Positions 17,651 through 26,200 of a stretch of 26,407 bases of DNA are shown here, in pieces. Positions within the stretch are counted from its first letter, which is position 1. The number at the start of each line of letters is the position of its first letter. The translations under genes and the position numbers were made by a program. Under the pieces are notes generated by a model that saw nothing but the letters and a program-made list of their open reading frames with translations, ran no database searches and was not told the DNA's origin. Origin of the DNA: Candidatus Thorarchaeota archaeon (GTDB lineage: Archaea > Asgardarchaeota > Thorarchaeia > Thorarchaeales > Thorarchaeaceae); NCBI GenBank assembly GCA_016840855.1, contig JAEORO010000161.1:1-26407 (forward strand), read 5' to 3'.

Positions 17651-20460
17651 TGTTTCTTGTATCCAGACTTACATCACAGAGTCCTCAGGTCTTAGCAACC
17701 TTGATTATGTTTTCACTTTCAGCAGGAGTCCTGGGTGGTGTATTATTCTATATAGACAGTACAAGCTCAAACGTGCTTGAAGAAATGACTCAAGGCATCC
17801 TAGTCGATATGGAGGTTCAGTGCACTTCTGAGTTCTATAATACGAATGCGACGACTATCGAGGAAATCGCAGATATTGTAGATAACCAGAATCTGGTGAC
17901 TAACACGGAAATAGTAACTATTATCGATAGTTGGGATGATGAGTTTCCTGAAAGCAGATTCAGGAAATATACATACCTTGGCGTGGAAAATTCAATCTTT
18001 AATGAATTCCCAAAAGTAATTCAGCTGGTAACTGAGTCTGTAAGTCTAAATGACACATCATGTTACTTGGAACAACAATGGGCGAGTTATCTTGGACTAG
18101 AGGTTGGAGATGTTTATGTTGCCGAGATGTTAGCTCCTGATGAAAATTACACAATGCAGCGATATAATGCATCTTACTTGGTTGTAGGCATATTCACTAC
18201 CACCGCTTATAGTAATCGACGTGATTCCAGCGGGAATCCAATTACGTCACTTCGTATGGTCACAACTCGCGAGGGGCTTGTTTCAGAATTTGCCAATGTT
18301 GGCTTGCGATCAACGAACAATCTTTTCTTCAGTGTTTGGACTAAGTTTGACTCCAGCTTCATCATTCACGGCAGTCCGAGTCTTGTCGAATCATCCTTAT
18401 CAGATGTGAAAAAGAGAATAGAACAACGCACACTTCCCTATGCGAGAGTGACTGATTTCGAGATTCTTGGTATCGTCTATGGATACAACACTTGGGCGTC
18501 TACAATGACTGTCATCTCTCTGGCATTTTCAATCCCAAGCATCGTTATGGGAGTGATGCTCTTGTTCTACAACTCGAAAATAATGGAAGACCGACGTAGA
18601 CGAGACACAGGCACTTTAATCACGAGAGGGTCGTCAGGATGGCAGTCATTTAGTTGGATCATATCCGCAGCCCTTGTGACAGGAGTATTTGGTAGTGTTG
18701 GAGCGATTATAACAGGTGCAGTCGCAGCTATACTCTCAGGTGGCGTAAGGCAGCTTCTAGTCTTTGGTGAGAAAGAACTTTCAACATTCAGTTTATTGCT
18801 TGAACCGACTTCGATTGCCATTGTCTTCGTCTTCTCCTTTATTGTTGGCTTTGCTATATCGTTGCCATCAGCAATCAACGCGCTCCTTATGACTCCAGAT
18901 GAGGCTCACTCTGTGGTCGAGAAACAATCGCTAGCAGGAAGGGAATTAATTAAGCCACCTGTAGCAGAAATCATAGGATTCATCGTATCTGGAATTCTAC
19001 TATTTCCGCTTCTATCAACGCTTGGGTCAGGTGGAGTTCCACCAACTGAAATGATGCTTTTTTCGATATTAGTTATTGCAATGTTTGGTATCTTTATTGT
19101 TTCAATATCAAAAATCCTATCGATACCAACTTCATTCGTCAAATCGAAAGCACTCAATCTATTCCATAGTGCATCCCGAGCTGTAGGAGCACGGATGATA
19201 TCTAGGAATGCCATCTTAGCGAAGAAAAGCGAAGCTATGGGAGTAATGTTCATTGGGCTAGTATTTACCGCTGCATTCTTTTCAACACTATCATCAGCAA
19301 CTGGTTCGAGTCACATGGAAGAACTGTTTATGTATAATGTTGGAGCGGATATTGTCATTAACGTAAATGAAAACCTCAGGAATGTCACCAATAACATCGT
19401 GGATGAAATCAAAACCATTGAAGGTGTTAACAGTGCAAGCGGCTTACTGAAGATTTATGGTCGTGCATTGTATCTTCAAGCAATTGAGTTACATGAACCA
19501 GTTTTAGTTAATATGTCACTGCCGATTTATGCTATTGATCCCGCGAGTTGGATTCATAGTGTTTTCCTATTACCATATTTCACAATCAGTGGAGATCCGT
19601 TTGAGTCAATCCCACTTATTGCGGCCGAAGAAAGTAATGTTGTAAGCTCGTTCATGCCAGTGCAACAATATGTAGCAGGACAACCGGTGTATAATAATTC
19701 TGTCAATGTAGTCATCCAAATTATTGATCAAGAATACCCACTTGATTGTTCTATTGTGGATGTGATGTCTACTGATTACGTGATAAGAAGTGTGAGCTAC
19801 TTCCCAGGAGAACCAGATGTTCGTGATTTTCTTATCATGAATATTACCTACGTCCAGGCAACTCTCAATACGACTCGTGTAAACAAGATTTTTGTTGACC
19901 TTGCAGCTGATGCAAATTATACCAAGGTGATGGAGGATATCAGAAGTATCGGTAATTTCACTTCTGAAGAATTACGCTCAGCGCAAGCAGACATAGATAA
20001 AGTTCTAGATTCAAGGACTGGTCAATCAGTGTATGGAGTCTATACTCTGAACCTGATATTTTCACTCATTTACCTGACTGCAGGGCTCATGATCATTTCG
20101 ATAGTGAAAAATCGACGACTTCAGAAACAATTCTCAATACTTAGGGCACTTGGAACACCCAATTCCTCAATCATGCGCTCAGTCCTTATGGATGTAGGAG
20201 TGAGTATGATTCTTGGTATTCTGATAGGATTGATTATCGGAATGTTCTTGTCTCTTCTATTGCTTCAAATTCCTCTTGCTTTTCTTGGTATTACAACAGA
20301 AATTGTTTGGTTTCAACTTCCAGTCATCTTAGTCTTGCCACTACCATTTCTTATAGGAATTATTCTCTTGAGCATTCTTTCAGCATTTACGACTACCTAT
20401 ATAGCTACAAAGAAGAGTCTTGAAAGCAACCTAGCAGATGATTTCAGACACAATGAATAG
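17650..20460 (+). CDS. ABC transporter permease, FtsX/MacB-like (two repeats)
   Basis: RRRDTGTLITRGSS, YNVGADI, KQFSILRALG; TAATG overlap with the upstream paralog. Confidence 0.85.
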   Translation: MFLVSRLTSQSPQVLATLIMFSLSAGVLGGVLFYIDSTSSNVLEEMTQGILVDMEVQCTSEFYNTNATTIEEIADIVDNQNLVTNTEIVTIIDSWDDEFPESRFRKYTYLGVENSIFNEFPKVIQLVTESVSLNDTSCYLEQQWASYLGLEVGDVYVAEMLAPDENYTMQRYNASYLVVGIFTTTAYSNRRDSSGNPITSLRMVTTREGLVSEFANVGLRSTNNLFFSVWTKFDSSFIIHGSPSLVESSLSDVKKRIEQRTLPYARVTDFEILGIVYGYNTWASTMTVISLAFSIPSIVMGVMLLFYNSKIMEDRRRRDTGTLITRGSSGWQSFSWIISAALVTGVFGSVGAIITGAVAAILSGGVRQLLVFGEKELSTFSLLLEPTSIAIVFVFSFIVGFAISLPSAINALLMTPDEAHSVVEKQSLAGRELIKPPVAEIIGFIVSGILLFPLLSTLGSGGVPPTEMMLFSILVIAMFGIFIVSISKILSIPTSFVKSKALNLFHSASRAVGARMISRNAILAKKSEAMGVMFIGLVFTAAFFSTLSSATGSSHMEELFMYNVGADIVINVNENLRNVTNNIVDEIKTIEGVNSASGLLKIYGRALYLQAIELHEPVLVNMSLPIYAIDPASWIHSVFLLPYFTISGDPFESIPLIAAEESNVVSSFMPVQQYVAGQPVYNNSVNVVIQIIDQEYPLDCSIVDVMSTDYVIRSVSYFPGEPDVRDFLIMNITYVQATLNTTRVNKIFVDLAADANYTKVMEDIRSIGNFTSEELRSAQADIDKVLDSRTGQSVYGVYTLNLIFSLIYLTAGLMIISIVKNRRLQKQFSILRALGTPNSSIMRSVLMDVGVSMILGILIGLIIGMFLSLLLLQIPLAFLGITTEIVWFQLPVILVLPLPFLIGIILLSILSAFTTTYIATKKSLESNLADDFRHNE

Positions 20461-20961
20461 CTATCGTTTCAGCCTTTTGAAGCAGAATGAGTAAAAATCC
20501 CATAGCTCTTGATCATTTGGTGTTTTTGAGATTAACAACTGGAGCAATTCAATCGCCTCGGGTTGAGCATTTCTCGATGAGTATAGTGCTGCCAAATGAC
20601 GTGCAGTGTGTTTGTCACTCGGATCTAGCTCCATCGACATTCGATAAGCTTGCTCTGCTTCAGACAATCTGCCTTCCTGTCTAAGAAGATCACCCCAGAT
20701 TGTCCAAGTCCAAGCGTTTGAGGTATCGATATCAAGAGACTTCTCGATAGCATCTGCCGCATCGCTTGCACGATCAGACATCATGTAAACCAAGGCTAAT
20801 GAATTCCACATTGTCGTATTTTGGGGCTCAAGCATCATCGATCTCAAGCACGCATACTCAACACCAGGCGATGGTTTGACCTCTTTAGAGGTTTCTGCCC
20901 TCAGTAGTGCTTCTTGGAAATGTCCTAGTATATTCTCATCTTCTATATCAGACTCCGACAA
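20461..20961 (-). CDS. Tetratricopeptide repeat protein
   Basis: Repeats EPQNTTMWNSLALVY, DTSNAWTWTIWGDLL...AEQAYRMSMELDP, TPNDQELW; GGAAGTG RBS-like site before TTG. Confidence 0.85.
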   Translation of the reverse strand: MSESDIEDENILGHFQEALLRAETSKEVKPSPGVEYACLRSMMLEPQNTTMWNSLALVYMMSDRASDAADAIEKSLDIDTSNAWTWTIWGDLLRQEGRLSEAEQAYRMSMELDPSDKHTARHLAALYSSRNAQPEAIELLQLLISKTPNDQELWDFYSFCFKRLKR

Positions 20962-20996
20962 TGTTCATACACTTCCATCTTCTCATATGCGTTCCA

Positions 20997-21116
20997 TCAC
21001 GGACCATCATAGTAGATTCTAGCCAGCTCTACCAGCAGTGTTAGCTCACGTTTCTCTTTCTCCTTAAGCTCTTCAGGCGTGTGCTTGGTTACTGGCTGTT
21101 TTGCCTCTGCTGCCAT
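20997..21116 (-). CDS. Micropeptide 1, 39 aa (MAAEAKQPVTKHTPEELKEKEKRELTLLVELARIYYDGP)
   Basis: Protein-like charged helical composition; fills an otherwise empty gap; 8-bp hairpin 21130-21152 and AT-rich promoter upstream; alternative start at ATG 21128. Confidence 0.6.
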   Translation of the reverse strand: MAAEAKQPVTKHTPEELKEKEKRELTLLVELARIYYDGP

Positions 21117-21209
21117 TTTGTCTTGCATCCTACAGTCTAAATTTGACTGCAGTTTTGTGAATGATACAATAATATTCAAAATATACGTTTAATACATCTA
21201 GACAACAAG

Positions 21210-21250
21210 AAGCCAGTAAATGATTGAAGAAACCATCAATTAACTGGCTT
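21210..21250. terminator. Hairpin, possible terminator downstream of the aminotransferase gene
   Basis: AAGCCAGT/ACTGGCTT 8-bp stem plus inner ATTGA/TCAAT; pyrimidine-rich flank on the minus strand. Confidence 0.4.
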
Positions 21251-21356
21251 TCGATTATTAAGTGTTATAAAACCCCATTTTTTATTTTAAATTGTTTTAT
21301 AATCGAATTTTGTATATGGCTGTGGTCAAAAGTGCAATTATAACATGAAAAAATTG

Positions 21357-22484
21357 CTAGTATGTTTCAAGGAGTTCGCTAATTCTCTGCAATGCAGGTT
21401 CGAGGTACTCTTTATCGCTGCCAAAGCCAATTCGTATAAAGCCGGGCATGTTAAAGTGCTCACCAGGTGAAATAAGCACTTTCTTTTCATCTCGGACTCG
21501 CAAGACAAAATCCAACGAATTGATACCATCTTTCAACTTGATGAAACAGATTGCAGCTGCTTCAGGAGGCACCACTGTCATCAGATTTGAGTGAGAAGCA
21601 ATCCATTTCTCCATGATAGCCCAGTTCCCTCGAATCACTTTTCTTGTCCGTTTCTCAATAGCAGCTTGAATATCGGGCTGCAAAGCAAAGGTTGCCAACC
21701 AGTCACTCATTTTTGCGGGACATATGGTTGTGTAGTCAGAATAAGTCCAGAGTTCCAAAGCAACCCTAGGTGTTGGGCAGACAATCCAACCTATTCTGAG
21801 ACCGGGGAGACCATATGCCTTGGACAAGCTTGAAGTAATGAGGGCCCTATCATAGAGTTTGTGCATTGAGGGAGCTTTACTATCTTGAAGCTCCGCGCCA
21901 CGATAGATCTCATCAGATACAATCCATACCTCGTGTTCATTGGCGATGTCAACGATTGCACGTAGGTCTTCATTGGAAAGGATTTTACCGGTGGGATTGT
22001 TGGGCGTGCATATTGCTATAGCAGCAGTTTTCTTGGAAACCACCGCTTTCAAGCCTTTAATATCTGGAACCCATTTACTTCCATCCATTTTGAGTTTGAA
22101 GGGTATCACCTTCCCACCGAGGTTCGTCCAAATTCCACCGATTTGCATGTAGTTGGGCATCATGAAAACAAGCTCATTTCGCTCGGGATTTTCTCTACGT
22201 AACCACCAGGTTGTTACAAAGTTGGCTTCAGCGCCTCCCGATGTGGCAAGAATCTGATCGGATGTTGTTCCATGATAATGATATGAGATAGCTTCACGGA
22301 GAGGAATTGTGCCATTTGTTTGAGAATATCCTAGCTGGAGATCTTGAAAGCGATCCCTCAACTCTTGTGTATCAAGAAGATCTTTGATGCGTAGCGGCTC
22401 GACTCCACTCTCACTCAGATTATACTCAACCCGATGCTCCCATTCAGATTGAAATCGTTCAAGCTCAAACTGCTGTAATTTCAC
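21357..22484 (-). CDS. PLP-dependent aminotransferase class I/II
   Basis: NLSESG, PNNPTG, SDEIY, SLSKAYGLPGLRIGW (PLP lysine), IRIGF; GTG 22484 has an AGGTG RBS (alternative start 22502). Confidence 0.92.
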   Translation of the reverse strand: MKLQQFELERFQSEWEHRVEYNLSESGVEPLRIKDLLDTQELRDRFQDLQLGYSQTNGTIPLREAISYHYHGTTSDQILATSGGAEANFVTTWWLRRENPERNELVFMMPNYMQIGGIWTNLGGKVIPFKLKMDGSKWVPDIKGLKAVVSKKTAAIAICTPNNPTGKILSNEDLRAIVDIANEHEVWIVSDEIYRGAELQDSKAPSMHKLYDRALITSSLSKAYGLPGLRIGWIVCPTPRVALELWTYSDYTTICPAKMSDWLATFALQPDIQAAIEKRTRKVIRGNWAIMEKWIASHSNLMTVVPPEAAAICFIKLKDGINSLDFVLRVRDEKKVLISPGEHFNMPGFIRIGFGSDKEYLEPALQRISELLETY

Positions 22485-22552
22485 AGATGTCAACACCTGC
22501 ACATGTCAAGAACGATGCACAATAAGAATTCAGCTCTTTGTCACGCAGCAAG

Positions 22553-23602
22553 TTAGTTACTAAGATAATTCTCAAGATCATCAGTTCTCATCTGAGCTAT
22601 AATGATTTCTTTGTAGGGTTTGAATCCAAGTCGGTTATTGATTGATAACATTGGAGCATTTGTTGTTGCATTTCCTGTGGACATAGAAGTAACGTTTGGA
22701 AAACGCCTTTTTATCTCAAGGAGCATGATGGCTTTCAACCACTTTCCTTTTCCAGAACCACGATATTTCTCAGGGACACCCGTTAAATCTTGGAAGATAA
22801 GTGGAGCTTTGGATGGAAGATATATGACCTCTGTGAGTCCTGAAATATCACCATTTGGTTCTCGAGTTATGGCAGTAATCCAAGTACCCCCTCCAGATTT
22901 CCGGGATTCCTCAAGTTGTCGTCTCCGTTCAGGTGTAAAAGTATAGTCTCCAATTTCGAGGTCCTCCCGTGGTGCTTGGTTCCCAACTTCATTGTAGACT
23001 CTGCAGTATTCTTCAATCATTTCTTCAGGAACATCTTGGAAGAACTCAATTTTAGAATCGGGAGACCTGACTGGTCCTTCCTTAGTCCACTCATCAACCA
23101 TGTTCCAATCAAGTTTCTTCAAATCCAAACGGTTCTCAATTGCTGAAAGCGCTTCTTTAGCCTTGAGCTTCCTCATGAATCGCTTCCCATGATCTTCAGT
23201 TACTTGACAAAGAAGAAGGGATTTACCATGTTTCTTGGCAAAATTAAGCACGACCTCGAGTAGTTGCTTACCAATCCCATTTCCACGGTAAGGTGTAAGT
23301 AGCTCTAGATTAACAACTTGACAAAAATGCTTGTTTTCCTCATACGCAGCGGATGACTCCTTTAGTGTGGCTATCCGAACCATACCAATAGGCGCTCCGG
23401 GATTTTCGCGCTGGTGAACAAAATGGGTTTCCAGATAGCTCTCCTCAAGCATGCATCTGATGTTTTCTTCAACAACTTCATCAGCAGTGACAGGATCTCC
23501 TGGAAATGCTTCAGGGTATCGCTTATACCTATAATCATGATACATTCTCCATTGTTCCTTCGTCGCTTTTGAAGAGTCGAAAGCTCGTAGCTCAATCTCC
23601 AT
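22553..23602 (-). CDS. Tandem GNAT family N-acetyltransferase
   Basis: Two acetyl-CoA motifs (YRGNGIGKQLL; TGVPEKYRGSGKGKWLK) and TGNATTNAPMLSINNRLGF; GAGGAG RBS. Confidence 0.9.
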   Translation of the reverse strand: MEIELRAFDSSKATKEQWRMYHDYRYKRYPEAFPGDPVTADEVVEENIRCMLEESYLETHFVHQRENPGAPIGMVRIATLKESSAAYEENKHFCQVVNLELLTPYRGNGIGKQLLEVVLNFAKKHGKSLLLCQVTEDHGKRFMRKLKAKEALSAIENRLDLKKLDWNMVDEWTKEGPVRSPDSKIEFFQDVPEEMIEEYCRVYNEVGNQAPREDLEIGDYTFTPERRRQLEESRKSGGGTWITAITREPNGDISGLTEVIYLPSKAPLIFQDLTGVPEKYRGSGKGKWLKAIMLLEIKRRFPNVTSMSTGNATTNAPMLSINNRLGFKPYKEIIIAQMRTDDLENYLSN

Positions 23603-23661
23603 ATTGCATCGCTCCTCGTAGATGCATTGCTAGGCATGACTACTAGGTTAAGATTATCGAT

Positions 23662-24024
23662 TTAAGTAGCCTTCACTTCAAAATCAACATCAAGAATTGG
23701 AATCACGTATCGTTGGATATATCCAGTTTCAGAGTCGAAGGTAACATTCTTGAGAGTGCTCTGGAATGCTGGAGCAATGAGCTCATTGTCAAAAGACCTC
23801 GCAAAGATGATGAGGTGTGCACCTTTCCCTGTTATAAGAAGCATAGCAGTTTCAATGGTAGTTGAATAAGTTAGTCTATCGATTCCTTCCATAACCTTGT
23901 CTGCGATACCGATTGCTGCCTCATACACTGCATCTTTTTCCGAATGACCCCTAGCATCATAAATCATGTATGCTGGAGTATGAGTGTTGATTTGTGCCTC
24001 CATATCTCTCAGTGCATTGTCCAA
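23662..24024 (-). CDS. Hypothetical protein
   Basis: 120-aa ORF with globular composition that fills the gap; TTTTTAAA box about 30 nt upstream. Confidence 0.65.
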   Translation of the reverse strand: MDNALRDMEAQINTHTPAYMIYDARGHSEKDAVYEAAIGIADKVMEGIDRLTYSTTIETAMLLITGKGAHLIIFARSFDNELIAPAFQSTLKNVTFDSETGYIQRYVIPILDVDFEVKAT

Positions 24025-24057
24025 GGTATAAAACTACACTAAAAATCACAGGGTTTA

Positions 24058-24104
24058 AAAATTAGAATGAGAGTGCCCGCGACAGACACGGGCACAACCT
24101 CATT
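24058..24104 (-). terminator. GC-rich hairpin plus T tract ending the micropeptide unit
   Basis: Minus strand AATGAG-GTT-GTGCCCGTG-TCTGT-CGCGGGCAC-T-CTCATT followed by CTAATTTTT; the G-U pair favours the minus strand. Confidence 0.6.
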
Positions 24105-24137
24105 ATAGGTTGATCCGCATGGCTGATGCTACGACCT

Positions 24138-24233
24138 CTACCTGTTATAGAGGTAGGCATAAGCCAGTGCTTCGGTGCTTTGAAGCTTCTTTCCGTGGTT
24201 CAGCTTCTTCCTATCAGTTTTTGCGAGTGCCAT
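24138..24233 (-). CDS. Micropeptide 3, 31 aa (MALAKTDRKKLNHGKKLQSTEALAYAYLYNR)
   Basis: Hand-translated; near-perfect archaeal RBS GGAGGTGA 6 nt before the ATG; below the ORF-track cutoff. Confidence 0.7.
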   Translation of the reverse strand: MALAKTDRKKLNHGKKLQSTEALAYAYLYNR

Positions 24234-24255
24234 TACACTTCACCTCCATTTCTGC

Positions 24256-24363
24256 TCATTTTATACGAGCATAGTCGTAGTACAGGGAATCAAGCCTTCT
24301 GAGTCCCGGATTTCCGTTCCTTCGATTTGCGAAGGACTCGTTGTTTGCTGTTTCACCAGCCAT
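24256..24363 (-). CDS. Micropeptide 2, 35 aa (MAGETANNESFANRRNGNPGLRRLDSLYYDYARIK)
   Basis: Hand-translated; GGAGAGGAG RBS upstream; tandem with micropeptide 3; TTAAATA box and 5' hairpin upstream. Confidence 0.65.
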   Translation of the reverse strand: MAGETANNESFANRRNGNPGLRRLDSLYYDYARIK

Positions 24364-24427
24364 GGTTTTTGTATCTCCTCTCCAACTGCTGACGACCACA
24401 AAGTGTTGCTTACAGTTGTCATGTATT

Positions 24428-24452
24428 TTGTAATACTATTACAATATTTAAG
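24428..24452 (-). promoter_or_regulatory. Promoter (CTTAAATA) and palindromic operator TTGTAATA-N-TATTACAA of the micropeptide unit
   Basis: Perfect 8-1-8 inverted repeat at 24428-24444, immediately downstream of a TATA-like box on the minus strand. Confidence 0.55.
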
Positions 24453-24508
24453 TATTATGGTTACTTATAAGACGTACTAAAAGGTGTAAGAAACACACGC
24501 AAATATTT

Positions 24509-24529
24509 TTAACTATAGTTAATATTACT
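24509..24529. promoter_or_regulatory. Palindromic operator candidate TTAACTATAGTTAA plus TATTACT (copy 2)
   Basis: Perfect 14-bp palindrome just upstream of the peroxiredoxin gene; 19/21 identical to 11620-11640. Confidence 0.55.
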
Positions 24530-24532
24530 AAA

Positions 24533-25033
24533 ATGGTGATGCCTATGCTGTTACGTCAACAGAACGTGTGTCTTAATATCGGAGAGGAAGCACCTGACTT
24601 TGAGCTTCCTGACCAAAATGGACAGATTATGCACCTCTCAGATTACAAAGGCAAGCGCAATGTGCTCTTAGCTTTGAATCCTGGAGACCTCAATGATTCG
24701 TGCAAGAATTACCTTCTACTATATGCAGACAACCTAGCAAGATTTGAAGAACTAGATACGCAAGTTTTGGGAATTAATATGGATTCAGTTGCAAAGAACA
24801 GAGCGTGGTCAAGAAGTCTTGATGGTCTAGGATTTCCTATTCTGTCAGACCATGATCCACCAGGAGATGCCACCCTCAAGTATGATTGCTTTGTGCCAGA
24901 GGAAGGCTATGGAAAACGAGGAATCTTTGTAATTGATAAGAGAGGGATTATTCGCCATATCGAAGTCCAGTCAAGTAGCGCTGAAACTTGTCCAGATGTA
25001 TTTCATCTGTTAGAAGTCCTTCAGAAAGAATAG
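24533..25033 (+). CDS. Peroxiredoxin/AhpC-TSA (redoxin) family protein
   Basis: IGEEAPDFELPDQNG, LSDYKGK, PGDLNDSC, VLGINMDS, FPILSD, RGIFVIDKRGIIR; the true start may be ATG 24545 (GGTGA RBS). Confidence 0.88.
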   Translation: MVMPMLLRQQNVCLNIGEEAPDFELPDQNGQIMHLSDYKGKRNVLLALNPGDLNDSCKNYLLLYADNLARFEELDTQVLGINMDSVAKNRAWSRSLDGLGFPILSDHDPPGDATLKYDCFVPEEGYGKRGIFVIDKRGIIRHIEVQSSSAETCPDVFHLLEVLQKE

Positions 25034-25076
25034 ACATCATGAAGGGAAGATACGGGCCTCATTGACCCGTTGAGAA

Positions 25077-25589
25077 TTAGAAATCACCTTCTTCTTCCAC
25101 TGTCTTCCGTACGCCAGTACATATAGATGAATACTCAGTTAATTTCCACTGGCCACTCGAATTAAGCGCGAGTTGAACTGGAGTATCCATGTCCTTTCCA
25201 CCGCTATCAATGAAGATTTTCAGGCCTTTACCGTGCTCCTGCTTCTTAGTTACATTCATAGTGAGTTGGTCATTGTTGATTTTGTAGCCATTCTGAGGAG
25301 TGCCACCAACATATGAGCGTGCAATGTTCTTATTCTGCTTAAATTGACCAATAAAGTACTTAGCACTCCGACCAAGCTTCAGTCCCGAAGGAGATCCACT
25401 ATCTTCGATGGTGTCTTTCTTTGACACCACAATCGTCATCATCGCATCAGCAAGGTCAGGATCTTTCTCAACATTGAGTGCAGCAATCAGGTAGTACATT
25501 ATTGTGTTCTCTGGTTTATCAGCATCATTCTCCCATTCAGATTTGAATTTTGAAAATGATGTAATCATCTTCTTGGTGACCTTTGTCAT
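25077..25589 (-). CDS. Conserved hypothetical protein (resembles DUF6935)
   Basis: IARSYVGGTPQNGY, IDSGGKD..TPVQL, GQWKL; family name recalled from memory and tentative. Confidence 0.65.
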   Translation of the reverse strand: MTKVTKKMITSFSKFKSEWENDADKPENTIMYYLIAALNVEKDPDLADAMMTIVVSKKDTIEDSGSPSGLKLGRSAKYFIGQFKQNKNIARSYVGGTPQNGYKINNDQLTMNVTKKQEHGKGLKIFIDSGGKDMDTPVQLALNSSGQWKLTEYSSICTGVRKTVEEEGDF

Positions 25590-25639
25590 GTCAAATCACT
25601 TTGGTGTCTACATTTTTAATATTCAAAAAGGTTAGGCTG

Positions 25640-26200
25640 CTAGACTATATCAACGAGAACACGATTGTTTTTAACAAGCCCCCAAGCAAGGAACTCCAAT
25701 TGGCTCCATCGCTCAAAGGCGATTTCTTCTAGTCCTCTTAATTTGTTGAAATAGAGAGTGAGTACAATACCATGCGAAACTACAAGGATATTCTTTTGAT
25801 GAAACATAATGTCTATCTTTCTAACTGCGTCTTCGAATCGTTCAAGAGCCGAAGATCCAGACTCCCAGCCAACAACATTTTCATTCAAATCTGTTAGTGT
25901 CCTTTTAACACGATCACGATATTCATCTTCAGACAGAACGCCCCCATGCTCACGACTAAGCTCATCAAAACCAGAGAGCTGATACATTTGAACATCAAGA
26001 CCTTCTGCAAAAACCTCAGCAGTTTGTCGCGCTTTGAGTTCACTTGAGTGTATAATTCCGTCTATTGAGCTGAGTTTTTCCGACTTAGCAAGTTCCTTAG
26101 TGAGCGATAGACCTTCATCTGTTATTGACCAATCCCTTGCAGACATAGATAGATCCACCTTTGTTTTTGCATGCCTGAGGAAATAGATGGAATTGGTCAA
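25640..26200 (-). CDS. Histidine phosphatase (phosphoglycerate mutase-like) family protein
   Basis: FLRHA, HSSELKARQTA, WES, LVVSHG; GGAGG RBS before TTG. Confidence 0.9.
   Translation of the reverse strand: MTNSIYFLRHAKTKVDLSMSARDWSITDEGLSLTKELAKSEKLSSIDGIIHSSELKARQTAEVFAEGLDVQMYQLSGFDELSREHGGVLSEDEYRDRVKRTLTDLNENVVGWESGSSALERFEDAVRKIDIMFHQKNILVVSHGIVLTLYFNKLRGLEEIAFERWSQLEFLAWGLVKNNRVLVDIV

Noticed and set aside
20943-21116. Selenocysteine readthrough of micropeptide 1 (GP-UGA-WNAYEKMEVYEHCRSLI)
   Set aside because: No redox motif and no SECIS visible downstream; the extension overlaps the TPR gene's RBS and start
21210-21250. SECIS element (AUGA...AAA hairpin on the + strand)
   Set aside because: Lacks the 3' GA of the quartet, helix II is too short, and no + strand UGA-containing gene is nearby
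24256-24290. Peptide YYDY as a mimic of the UvrB beta-hairpin YYDYY
   Set aside because: Only a 4-residue match in a predicted helical context about 15 kb away; probably coincidence
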